A DNA stretch of 64,000 nt from Candidatus Anderseniibacteriota bacterium (GCA_040900375.1 JBBDZC010000003.1:586-64585), one strand, 5' to 3'. Positions 26,898 to 35,870 are shown, counted from the first letter of the stretch. Notes: a model not told the origin generated them from the letters alone. Translations and numbers: made by a program.

Positions 26898-27912
26898 GGT
26901 TAAACTTATCGTCAGTCAGACAGCATGGGACGCTTTTGTGCTAAGACTCCTGCCGAATACCTTCCTTCAAAGTTGGCAATGGGGACAATTCCAGGAGCAA
27001 CAGGGCGAAATAGCACTCTATCTCGGACTATATCGCGGGCCAGAGCAAATTGGAGCCGCCCTCGTGATCTTAGTCAAGGCCCGCCGCGGTTATCACTACA
27101 TTATTCCTCACGGCCCCCTTTGGCTCTCCCCAGCTGATGTTCGCGGTAGTATTCAAGTAATTGCGACTTTTTTGCGCGCCCATGCCACCACTACTGGGGC
27201 AGTGGGGCTACGAATTGCCCCACTCCTATTGGCTACTCCTGCCCACTACGGCATATTTCGGGAACTTGGTTTTCGGGCAGCGCCACTGCATATTCATACC
27301 GAACTTACCTGGGTACTTGATATTAACGAGTCGCTTGCCCTGCTGCTTAAAGCAATGCGTAAAACTACTCGTCAGGCTATTGCCAAAGCGGCGGCCGCCG
27401 GCGTCACAACAGAAATCATTACCGATGTGATTGGCATAAACCGATTTTGGCCACTCTATGAACAAACCCGTCAACGTCATAAATTTGTTCCTTTTAGTCA
27501 GGAATTTCTTCGGCAACAATTCACAGTTTTCGCTTCCACCGGTAATGCCTATCTAGTCATGGCCCGTTATCGGGGCAGGGATATCGCCGGCGCTATCCTA
27601 ATACAGTACGGCAACACCGTCTTTTATCATCATGGCGCGTCAGTTAATCTCGCCGCTTCGGTATCTGGTGCCCAGTTCACCCAATGGCAGGCGATCCAGG
27701 AAGCCCAGCGGCGGGGGGCTACCCGTTATAACTTTTGGGGGATTGCTCCTGCCGAGCAACCAGACCATCCCTTTACCGGTATTACCGTCTTTAAGAAAGG
27801 TTTTGGTGGCTTTGCTCTTGACTATCTGCATGCCCAAGACTTGCCGCTGACACGAGCTTACTGGAAGTTGTGGGCAGTCGATCATTGGCGTAAATACCGC
27901 CGAGGATTTTAG
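26872..27912 (+). CDS. FemAB-family aminoacyl/peptidyl transferase (GNAT-fold, FemX-like)
   Basis: AWDAFVLRLLPNTFLQSWQWGQFQEQQGEIALYLGLY...ILIQYGNTVFYHHGAS...NFWGIA is a Fem/FemX-type architecture. Overlaps DegT by 26 nt; the likely start is MSDIEVK at about 26884. Confidence 0.7.
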   Translation: MLLHMSDIEVKLIVSQTAWDAFVLRLLPNTFLQSWQWGQFQEQQGEIALYLGLYRGPEQIGAALVILVKARRGYHYIIPHGPLWLSPADVRGSIQVIATFLRAHATTTGAVGLRIAPLLLATPAHYGIFRELGFRAAPLHIHTELTWVLDINESLALLLKAMRKTTRQAIAKAAAAGVTTEIITDVIGINRFWPLYEQTRQRHKFVPFSQEFLRQQFTVFASTGNAYLVMARYRGRDIAGAILIQYGNTVFYHHGASVNLAASVSGAQFTQWQAIQEAQRRGATRYNFWGIAPAEQPDHPFTGITVFKKGFGGFALDYLHAQDLPLTRAYWKLWAVDHWRKYRRGF

Positions 27913-29381
27913 GCAGCCACCTTGTTATTCCCACTAGTAGCTGACACTAATCCGGCCATAATCCAAAAAAGGGCGTTAGTGGGATAAATATCCCACGTAT
28001 CAATAAAAATTGCCTGGAGCATAAAAGAGATTAACCAACCAAGCGCGCTCAAGGCAATAATACGCGGCACGCCCGTCCGCAAAAAGATGGTAGTTACCCC
28101 GGTTCGTAGTAGCCGCCAATAAATCCAGGCGTACAACAAGAGGCCGATGAGTCCCAATTCAATGAGTGTTTTAAGATACTGATTATCGACGAGGGTAGTA
28201 TTTTTCGCTAGCTGCACGTTGCGCGCTGCACCCGTAGCAATATCATATGAGGTTAGGGTTACTTCGCGGAAGTTCTGCGCGAGCACATCACCTAGACCTC
28301 GGCCAATAATTGCTTCGTGATTAGACAGCGGTGCCAACAGTCGGGCGAGGAATTCCAACCGTTCCTGATTACTACGATACCCTGAATCAAAACTCGAGGA
28401 AATAAAAACTCCCACGCGGGTAAATTGAGCCACAGCCACCGTTACCATCACCAATAGTAAGCAGCAAATTGCCAGCTTTCGCCAAGGAAAAGCCGCCACA
28501 GAATACTTCTTAAAAGACGCTGTCGCCACCAGCCCAATAATAGTGATAAGCAAGCTAGCAAATCCCAGCCACACGGCCCGAGAATACGTCAGATAAATTA
28601 AGAGTGTAGCCGCTAGTAACAAAAAACCTGCACCAGCCCGCACTCTACGCGAAGTTTTTACCAGAACAGCCGCCAGACAAATACCGGCAATAAGAATAAG
28701 ATAGTGGCCGAAAACACTAGGATGACCAAAAGTGCTCGACACCCGAGGAATCCATAATTTAACAGCTGGTTCAAAGCGCAACACCGCACTATCAATCGCG
28801 AACCACCATTGATAAGCACTAGCTACGACAGTGATCGCAAAGGAAAAAAATAACCACATGAGCAGTTCGTAGTAAAATTTCTTTGTCCGCGGCAAATAGA
28901 GAACAATAAAATAGAGCAAGATATATAGTAATATTTCTCTGGTTCGCAGGATACCTAGCAGGCGAGAATCAGCGCGCAGGAGAGCGACGCTTACCCATAG
29001 ACTAAGTCCGATGACTGGTCCGATTAATACCATGCGGCGGTAGGTCAGCTTTTTTTGAAGCAGAGGCCATAAGAACAGATGAACAAAAAGCGTGACAATA
29101 ATAACATCCTTGATCAGGGTGGCAATACTAATGGTCTGCGTCACCTTAAGGAGTGGCAGCAGTGGGCTGATAATCACGAGCATAAAGAAACCAAGCACAG
29201 GCTGTTGCCACACCCACCAGGCGACAATTACAAAGAGGAGGCTTAAAACTCCCGCTTGAAAGCTAACAGTCAGGCTAATGACCGCAACACTCATTGCGGC
29301 AATCAGCGCCCAGGCGTAGCCGGGAGGAAAACTCACAGAAGAGAGTCGCTCAAGATTATACATGGGACTTAATTTTCTCAT
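27909..29381 (-). CDS. O-antigen ligase/polymerase (Wzy/WaaL-like) family membrane protein
   Basis: 490 aa with about 12 TM helices and a large periplasmic loop, sitting between GT genes. Confidence 0.55.
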   Translation of the reverse strand: MRKLSPMYNLERLSSVSFPPGYAWALIAAMSVAVISLTVSFQAGVLSLLFVIVAWWVWQQPVLGFFMLVIISPLLPLLKVTQTISIATLIKDVIIVTLFVHLFLWPLLQKKLTYRRMVLIGPVIGLSLWVSVALLRADSRLLGILRTREILLYILLYFIVLYLPRTKKFYYELLMWLFFSFAITVVASAYQWWFAIDSAVLRFEPAVKLWIPRVSSTFGHPSVFGHYLILIAGICLAAVLVKTSRRVRAGAGFLLLAATLLIYLTYSRAVWLGFASLLITIIGLVATASFKKYSVAAFPWRKLAICCLLLVMVTVAVAQFTRVGVFISSSFDSGYRSNQERLEFLARLLAPLSNHEAIIGRGLGDVLAQNFREVTLTSYDIATGAARNVQLAKNTTLVDNQYLKTLIELGLIGLLLYAWIYWRLLRTGVTTIFLRTGVPRIIALSALGWLISFMLQAIFIDTWDIYPTNALFWIMAGLVSATSGNNKVAA

Positions 29382-30342
29382 TATTATTTCTCCACCCCAA
29401 ATGAAAAAGTATTGCCGGAATTGTAAGGACTAGGGCCAGAGGCAGCAAGAGGATAAGCAGAACGTATGCCCCCGTCCCCAAATGTTTTCGGGTGTAATGA
29501 AGACAACTCTTAAAGAAGGGCCATGAACGTTGCCAGCCAATAAGTTGATTAAAACTGATTCCTCCATAGTGCAATACGACTGCCGCTGGCACATAGAGAA
29601 TTTTCCAACCAGCCGCGCTCGCCCGCCGACAATAATCAACCTCTTCTAACCACACCCAAAAACGCTCATCAAGATACCCAATAGTAGTAAGCAACTCTTG
29701 GTGAATTAAGAAAGCCGCACCCATCACCTGTTCCACTATCTGTTCTTGCTCGTAATTAAAATCAGTCCAGAGGTATTCCCGCCAGCGGCGGGTGCGGCCC
29801 GCTACTCGACTTAATTTAAGAAACCACCCTATAAAGATAGGCAGAGTGGGTAATCGTCGAACTGATAATTGTTGTGTCCGATCAGCGTTGAGTAATTTAG
29901 GCCCCACAATGCCAACGCCGGGATGATGATCAAGTGCCATCACCATCTGCTCTAACGCCCCCGACTGCACCTTGGTGTCCGGATTAAGCAAGAGAATATG
30001 AGTCCGGCTCGCTCGCGTTCGGTGTATATAATGAATGCCCAAGTTATTAGCACGTGCAAAGCCTACGTTCTGCGCTTGCTTAAGTAAGTGGACGGGTAGT
30101 TTATTGCCCCCCGTAAATGCCCCGCCGCTAGCGGCGGGGACGGCTTCATCATTCGCTAGTACGACCGATTCGAGTCGAATTATCGAGTCATCCGTCGAAG
30201 CATTATCAATAACGACAATCGCTTCGATAAGGTTTTTTTCTGGCAATCGCAGCAGCGACTGCACACATTGGACTAGCAACTCTCCAGTATTCCAATTAAC
30301 AATTATGACGCTTACTTTTGTCATTAGTATTAAAATAGTCAA
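29356..30342 (-). CDS. glycosyltransferase family 2 carrying an in-frame 14-aa insertion encoded by the 42-nt palindromic element
   Basis: VSVIIVNWNTGELLVQCVQSLL...VIDNASTDDS...NVGFARANNLG...LNPD are GT2 motifs. The DxS-to-NxGFA spacing is 42 aa here against 22 aa in the two sibling GT2s. The extra segment PAASGGAFTGGNKL is encoded by 30108-30149. Confidence 0.8.
   Translation of the reverse strand: MTILILMTKVSVIIVNWNTGELLVQCVQSLLRLPEKNLIEAIVVIDNASTDDSIIRLESVVLANDEAVPAASGGAFTGGNKLPVHLLKQAQNVGFARANNLGIHYIHRTRASRTHILLLNPDTKVQSGALEQMVMALDHHPGVGIVGPKLLNADRTQQLSVRRLPTLPIFIGWFLKLSRVAGRTRRWREYLWTDFNYEQEQIVEQVMGAAFLIHQELLTTIGYLDERFWVWLEEVDYCRRASAAGWKILYVPAAVVLHYGGISFNQLIGWQRSWPFFKSCLHYTRKHLGTGAYVLLILLLPLALVLTIPAILFHLGWRNNNEKIKSHV
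30108..30149. repeat. second copy of the 42-nt GC palindromic element, inside the GT2 CDS
   Basis: The reverse complement differs from 16575-16616 at only 3 positions. Includes the perfect 20-nt palindrome CCCCGCCGCTAGCGGCGGGG. Confidence 0.7.
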
Positions 30343-30452
30343 ATATTAAGCCGGGTGCTTCAAGATCTAATAAGTCTGCCTCGATAGTGCATGGACATAC
30401 CCAGGCTGTCAAAAACTCCAATGCCTACCGACGCTTACATTATTACTCTCTC

Positions 30453-30563
30453 TGTCAACCCATTCGACTCCACGGTCTAAAGGCCGTGGCTTGCTTAAGG
30501 GTTGACTCTAAAGCCGCGCGTATCTCCACCCTGAAGGGTGGAACTTGCGCGAGTCGAAGAGTC
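30453..30563 (-). repeat. copy 4 (inverted orientation) of the ~109-bp multi-hairpin repeat
   Basis: The reverse complement is about 97% identical to copy 2. Lies between a GT2 start and a truncated NIF3 fragment. Confidence 0.85.
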
Positions 30564-30601
30564 AAGTGCATTACTATACGAACATGCTACCACTGACCTA
30601 A

Positions 30602-30844
30602 GTCTCGAATTATCTAGATCAATATCTGGCAATTACCGACATTGAAGACGATTGTTGGAATGGACTACAATTTGCCGGTAAGTCAGAAGTTGGTAAAATT
30701 GCTTTCGCCGTTGATGCGGGTCTCAACGTCATCTTTGCTGGCCACTATGCCACTGAAACTCTCGGCCTGCGCGCTTTAGCAGATCATATGCACCAGAAGT
30801 TTTCTCTGCCAGTGGAGTTTCTCGATCTGCCAACGGGGCTTTAG
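30602..30844 (+). pseudogene. 3' remnant (80 codons) of a NIF3/YbgI-family (dinuclear metal centre) gene, no start codon
   Basis: Frame translation gives ...CWNGLQFAGKSEVGKIAFAVDAGLNVIFAGHYATETLGLRALADHMHQKFSLPVEFLDLPTGL*, which matches the NIF3 C-terminus (AGHHATE...FIDIPNP). An in-frame stop lies immediately upstream at 30599-30601, right after repeat copy 4. The N-terminal ~180 aa are absent. Confidence 0.65.
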
Positions 30845-30856
30845 ACCCTCTATTTT

Positions 30857-31966
30857 TTAAGAACCCGCTAAATGCAGCACTTGAAGAGTGGCCGATGTAG
30901 TTGCTTCCCAAGATAATAGTTGGACTCGTTTGAGTCCGCGGTCTACCAGTTCTGATCGTTGTGTTAAAGCCGTGGTAATACCATCTGCAATACTCTCGGC
31001 AGACTCTGGCTCTACGAGAATTGCCGCCCCGCCTGCCACTTCAGGCAGCGCCGAAACGTTCGCGACCACTACCGGGCAACCACATGCCATCGCCTCGAGA
31101 ACCGGCATGCCAAAACCCTCATAGAGACTCGGCAGCACAAAGACTTCCGCGTGCCAATACAATACGGGCAGTAGATCATCCGGCACTGGTCCAGTGAGTA
31201 AGATTCGTTCTTTAATAGGTGAGGCCTGTACTCTTCTAAGAATCGGTCGCTGGAGCCAGCCATGGCCACCCGCAATCACTAATTGCAATTCAGGCCTGGC
31301 AGGGTTGATAATTTCAAAAGCCTCAATTAACCGTTCGAGGTTTTTACGCGGTTGAATCTGACCAACATATAGAATATAGGGGCGGTGCAATTGACTATAG
31401 TGCGCTGTGAGAGCGGCCAAATGACGCTCTCGTTCATCTGGCGTCGGCACAGAGAATTTTTCTTGGTCAACACCATGGTGAATGATATGGACCCCTGCAG
31501 TCCGGCCGTAGTATCGCTCAATGTCATCGGCGGTGGCTTGCGATACGGCGATAATCGCCGTGGCCTCACGGGCCACATACGCGCTAAAGGTGTGGAGCAA
31601 AGCCCAATCTTTATAGCGAAACTGCTGCGGATAGCGATGAACGGCCAAATCATGAATAACAGCAACAGTTCTCATTTTTTTCGGGCGCAGATAGGGAATT
31701 TGCTGAATAGGCATGAATAAAACATCTGGTTGGTGCTTATATAACTCGCCCGGCAGGCGCAGTTGCGTCCAATATTTCGGCCACGGTGATATATGAAGAT
31801 GAACATGGGGCGCTGGCTGATATTGGGCTACAGGTGCAGGTGTAAAAAAATGCCACTCATCATGCGCAGCCGCTGTCGGCAATCTCTCGGCCAGCTCGCG
31901 GGTATAACGCGTCGTACCATCCGCTCGGTTAGTGGCTAAATCAGAAATATCAAATCCAATCCGCAT
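30857..31966 (-). CDS. glycosyltransferase family 4 (GT-B, group 1)
   Basis: C-terminal motif PSLYEGFGMPVLEAMACGCPVVVANVSALPEV. Confidence 0.8.
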   Translation of the reverse strand: MRIGFDISDLATNRADGTTRYTRELAERLPTAAAHDEWHFFTPAPVAQYQPAPHVHLHISPWPKYWTQLRLPGELYKHQPDVLFMPIQQIPYLRPKKMRTVAVIHDLAVHRYPQQFRYKDWALLHTFSAYVAREATAIIAVSQATADDIERYYGRTAGVHIIHHGVDQEKFSVPTPDERERHLAALTAHYSQLHRPYILYVGQIQPRKNLERLIEAFEIINPARPELQLVIAGGHGWLQRPILRRVQASPIKERILLTGPVPDDLLPVLYWHAEVFVLPSLYEGFGMPVLEAMACGCPVVVANVSALPEVAGGAAILVEPESAESIADGITTALTQRSELVDRGLKRVQLLSWEATTSATLQVLHLAGS

Positions 31967-32004
31967 AGAACAGTGTTAGAGTTTTAGATAGGGACATATA
32001 TGCT

Positions 32005-34659
32005 TTAGTTCCAAAGATTATTAATCAAAGTAAGAATGCGCTCCACTCGATCTTCCCAGCTATGATGATGTGCTTGGGCAATTCGTTCTACTTTCCGGTG
32101 TTGCGGGTTCTTTAAAAATTGTTCTCCCTGCTGGATAAACTCCTCTGGATTAGTAGCATAGCCAATATCTTGGCTATATTCCTTGAGCTCGGGCAAGCCG
32201 GTTACCAGTAGCGGTTTGCCAGTCGCCATAAATTCCCAAAATTTAAGCGGAAAACTGGCTTCATTATAGCGGCTTAACCGATATGGAATAATACATATAT
32301 CAAAGTTTGCCACATAGCTAGGCACGACTTGCCGTTTCACCGGGCCGATTAAATGAATATTAGGCAATGACTTTATTTTTGCTAAAATTTCGGGACTGCG
32401 GTCAACAATTGGTTCGCCAATAAAGATAAACTGCCAAGCCGCCCGGCGAGTTGCCACCGTATACAAAAGATCAAAATCAATCTTATAGGAGTCAAGCGCT
32501 CCCACTGAGCCAAAAATAGGGTGGGGTATCGTTGCCAGGCGAGCCTGTATCGGGGCGGGTGCAGTCGCGGCAGAAAGGTTAAAAAACGCCTTCACATCAC
32601 CGGCGTTAAGGACTAGATGAATGTTAGTATGCTGTTGTTGTTTGAGCGTTAAAAGTTTTTTGGAAGTGACGGTTACTAAATCAGCACGCTGGATAATAGC
32701 GTGCTCTTCCTCGACCACCCGTTTAGGGTTACGATCCACCCCCGCTTGGGCCGCATGATCATCAACACAATCATAAATAACTTTAGCGGTTCTAAATGCT
32801 GATAAATATTCAGCTGCTTCTGTATCGTAAATCCAGACGAGCGTGGCCGCCTTCTTGAAGTGCAGTAAGCGCAGACACAGCAACACACTCGGTCGGTTAA
32901 GCCAATGGTTAATGGTAGCAATCCATTTTATTTCCCGTGAGCCGGGTAGTAAATTCCATTGCGACTTTATATAAAGATAGTTGCTTTTCTTTTCTAACCA
33001 GAAGATTCTCGTTAGTAGCTTGAAAATGCTGTGTGGTTGTCGCCAATTATTTAACAAGAAACGAAGAATCCAAATTCGCGGTTCTACATATAAAACAGGA
33101 TAACGTTGCGCTACGCGCGACATCATGTGCTGGCGATTAGTCCACGAAGGCTGATCATATGCCGCCCCGGCAAAACACACCACCTGAAAACTATTTTTTA
33201 CTAGCACCGCTGTCCGTGATCGTCTTGTAAAAGCTGCCGGGAGAAGATTACTGCGCCTCACTTCCCGGATACTATATAACAGAAGCAATACCAATACTCC
33301 TATCCTTATACCCAAACCCGGCCCACTTAAGAGCCAGATAACCGCGATCCCCAAGATGCCTAACAGCAAAGCTAATTTATTGGTTAGTAACCTAATACCA
33401 TAATACCGCCGGGCAATAACAACCATGGCGAGGTAGGCTACGGCTGCACCACTGAACACAGCGACCGCGGCCCAGAGCGGATCAGGATAGACAAGATATA
33501 GCCAACCCATGGTCGCAGCCGAGACAGCGGTCAGCAGTCCATAAATCCCGGCTCGTACATGTGGCTTATCAGCGGCGACAAAAACGCTACTAGTGCCAAT
33601 ATCGAGTAGCGAATACAAGAAGAAGGCGAGGGTCATAATATAAATCAGCGGTTCCGCAGGCAGGTAGTTTACGCCAATAATATAAGTCAATATTTCTGGT
33701 GTAAAAAATAGGAGCAGGAGTGTTAGAGTGGTCATAAGCATGAAAACGCGACGCATGTTACGGGTGACGACATGCTTAAACTGCTCTATTTGACCTGCAT
33801 ATAGAGAGCTCATCCATGATAAATTTACTTCCGACAGTGCCATTGCAATAATCGTCAGTCGCGCGCCAAAAGTTAAAGAGACATTCAAGTAACCTAACTG
33901 GTCAGACGCCAATACTCCACCCAAGGCTAAAAGCGGCAGGCGTTGCCAGACCACAAAAAATATGCGGGCGAGATACATAAAGGCGCCAATCTTCATTACT
34001 CGCCGGCTATAACGTAAAAGCTCTGACCAGGACGGAAAAGCTAACGCCTGACGTAAATTGCGCCGGACAATAATACCCAGCAAAACCACCATGATTACTG
34101 TCGTGACAATCACGGCATAGAAGAATCCTTGGGTTCCCAGAAATAAAATAAAAAGACCAAAAACAACAATGTTAATGGCCGCGGTCAGGATTTGCACCAA
34201 GTACAAACTATAAAACTTCTTCATACCCGTGAGTGTTGCCCCGAGCACGTCTTGGAGGCCCTGGAGAACTAACACGGCAGCAAAAAGCTGCAAATAGGGG
34301 GTGATTTCTGGCTTGCCGTATATGGAGACGGCAATCAGATTGGCTAAGGCTAGTAATCCAAGAGACAGGGGAACTGTGACAAGCTGGCGGGTGATTTGTG
34401 ATGCCCAAAAGATCTTACCAATTTCTTGCTTACTCTTGAGAATAGCAATTTCACGAATGGCGCCATCAACAATCCCTAAGTGTTGGGAAACACCAATCAC
34501 TCCCCCAATCGACATGACCAGTCCTACCAGACCAAACTGTTCTGGTGAAAGCAGGCGGACGATGATAATGCTCTGGCCAATGCCCAGCGCCGTGGTAATG
34601 GCCTTGGTAAAAAGAGACAAAAATTGGATGCGGGCAAGGCTCATACCACAAGTAAGCAA
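32005..34659 (-). CDS. fusion protein: Wzx-like oligosaccharide flippase (about 14 TM) + C-terminal GT-B glycosyltransferase domain
   Basis: The N-terminal ~480 aa are polytopic, with a polysaccharide-biosynthesis / MOP flippase-like start (LFTKAITTALGIGQSIIIVRLLSPEQFGLVGLV). The C-terminal ~400 aa are a soluble GT-B-like domain. Confidence 0.6.
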   Translation of the reverse strand: MLTCGMSLARIQFLSLFTKAITTALGIGQSIIIVRLLSPEQFGLVGLVMSIGGVIGVSQHLGIVDGAIREIAILKSKQEIGKIFWASQITRQLVTVPLSLGLLALANLIAVSIYGKPEITPYLQLFAAVLVLQGLQDVLGATLTGMKKFYSLYLVQILTAAINIVVFGLFILFLGTQGFFYAVIVTTVIMVVLLGIIVRRNLRQALAFPSWSELLRYSRRVMKIGAFMYLARIFFVVWQRLPLLALGGVLASDQLGYLNVSLTFGARLTIIAMALSEVNLSWMSSLYAGQIEQFKHVVTRNMRRVFMLMTTLTLLLLFFTPEILTYIIGVNYLPAEPLIYIMTLAFFLYSLLDIGTSSVFVAADKPHVRAGIYGLLTAVSAATMGWLYLVYPDPLWAAVAVFSGAAVAYLAMVVIARRYYGIRLLTNKLALLLGILGIAVIWLLSGPGLGIRIGVLVLLLLYSIREVRRSNLLPAAFTRRSRTAVLVKNSFQVVCFAGAAYDQPSWTNRQHMMSRVAQRYPVLYVEPRIWILRFLLNNWRQPHSIFKLLTRIFWLEKKSNYLYIKSQWNLLPGSREIKWIATINHWLNRPSVLLCLRLLHFKKAATLVWIYDTEAAEYLSAFRTAKVIYDCVDDHAAQAGVDRNPKRVVEEEHAIIQRADLVTVTSKKLLTLKQQQHTNIHLVLNAGDVKAFFNLSAATAPAPIQARLATIPHPIFGSVGALDSYKIDFDLLYTVATRRAAWQFIFIGEPIVDRSPEILAKIKSLPNIHLIGPVKRQVVPSYVANFDICIIPYRLSRYNEASFPLKFWEFMATGKPLLVTGLPELKEYSQDIGYATNPEEFIQQGEQFLKNPQHRKVERIAQAHHHSWEDRVERILTLINNLWN

Positions 34660-34676
34660 ACCATGATACTAGAATT

Positions 34677-35870
34677 TCATATCTTGGCAAGCGCGCGGGA
34701 ACGCGTTGCCACAACAGCATCAATAACACCTTTTACTAACAAGATCCGCTTTGCCCAGCGAAATTGCTCCCAGGCACGAGTGCGAGCCGCTTGGGCCAGT
34801 TTATCGCGTTGATGAGGTTGATTAAGTAACTGCACAATTGCCTCTCGCACCCCTGTTACATCATTTGGCCTGACAATCAGGCCCGTTATCTGGTGTTGGA
34901 CTGCTTCGCGAGCGCCGCCACTGTTAGTCGCAATGGCCGGTGTGCCGGCGGCCGCTGCCTCAAGATAAACAATGCCAAACCCCTCTTCATCCTTGACTAT
35001 CGGGCGAGGAGTGAGTAGGAAAATTTCTGCGCCAGCGTATAAAGACGGCAAATCATAAACTGAAACGTGGCCTAAAAACCGGACGCTCGTTTGCATAAAG
35101 TGTTGCGTTGCCAGCCGTACTAATTTATCTTTTTCCGGCCCTTCACCAACAATCACAAGCTGAAGCTCACTGAACTTGGTCTGATCAAGCTTAACAAATG
35201 CTTCAATCAAGACATCAATACCCTTACGTTCAATGAGCCGCCCTACTGTAAGAAGATAGGGTTTTTTTAAACCATACTTAGTTAAGATCGCTTGTTGTGC
35301 TACCGGTACTGGCTTAACAAAATATTGCTCGTCAACCCCGGGCCAAATTTTAACGAGCTGCTCCGCCCGAGCACCGAGTGCTAATAACTTTTGCTTAGTG
35401 ACTTCATTAATATAGATAATCCGATCAGCATACTGAAGCACTCGCTCTAATTTTCGCCGCTCCTTAGCCTTACCTGCCCAAGTTTCAATTTCCATCGCAT
35501 AGGTGAATACAACGTACGGGATACCCAAATACTTTTTTAAGTAGTAACCAATTAAGCCTTCGCACAAAGCCTTACCACACAGGACAATATCAACATTTTC
35601 TCGCCGTAGCTGGCGGTACGTTGCAATAAATAAGGGTAACCATGCGGGTTTAATAAATGACCAGTACCAGCGCCTAGCAATGACAGCCCGTATACCATTA
35701 TCCTTGCCGTCAATCTTAGTATCTGCCCACGGAGGCACCACCACCGTCACACTTTGAGTGGGTAAATTTCCCGCGATATGCGTTAAGTAGTTTTCAATAC
35801 CACCAATCCGGGGTGGCCAATTTTCTGTCAGCAAAAAAACATGCATACGATGACGGTATGATCGTGACAT
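34677..35870 (-). CDS. glycosyltransferase family 4
   Basis: MHVFLLTENWPPRIGGIENYL...EGFGIVYLEAAAAGTPAIATNSGGAREAV. Confidence 0.8.
   Translation of the reverse strand: MSRSYRHRMHVFLLTENWPPRIGGIENYLTHIAGNLPTQSVTVVVPPWADTKIDGKDNGIRAVIARRWYWSFIKPAWLPLFIATYRQLRRENVDIVLCGKALCEGLIGYYLKKYLGIPYVVFTYAMEIETWAGKAKERRKLERVLQYADRIIYINEVTKQKLLALGARAEQLVKIWPGVDEQYFVKPVPVAQQAILTKYGLKKPYLLTVGRLIERKGIDVLIEAFVKLDQTKFSELQLVIVGEGPEKDKLVRLATQHFMQTSVRFLGHVSVYDLPSLYAGAEIFLLTPRPIVKDEEGFGIVYLEAAAAGTPAIATNSGGAREAVQHQITGLIVRPNDVTGVREAIVQLLNQPHQRDKLAQAARTRAWEQFRWAKRILLVKGVIDAVVATRSRALAKI

Noticed and set aside
11344-30563. Possibility that the dispersed repeats form a CRISPR array or integron attC sites
   Set aside because: The copies are 4-8 kb apart, not regularly spaced with short spacers. 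No cas or integrase gene is present. The ends do not match attC core sites (GTTRRRY / RYYYAAC).
30857-31966. Possibility that the NIF3 fragment is fused to, or a 5' extension of, the adjacent GT4
   Set aside because: It is on the opposite strand and terminates with its own stop 12 nt before the GT4 stop. They are independent.
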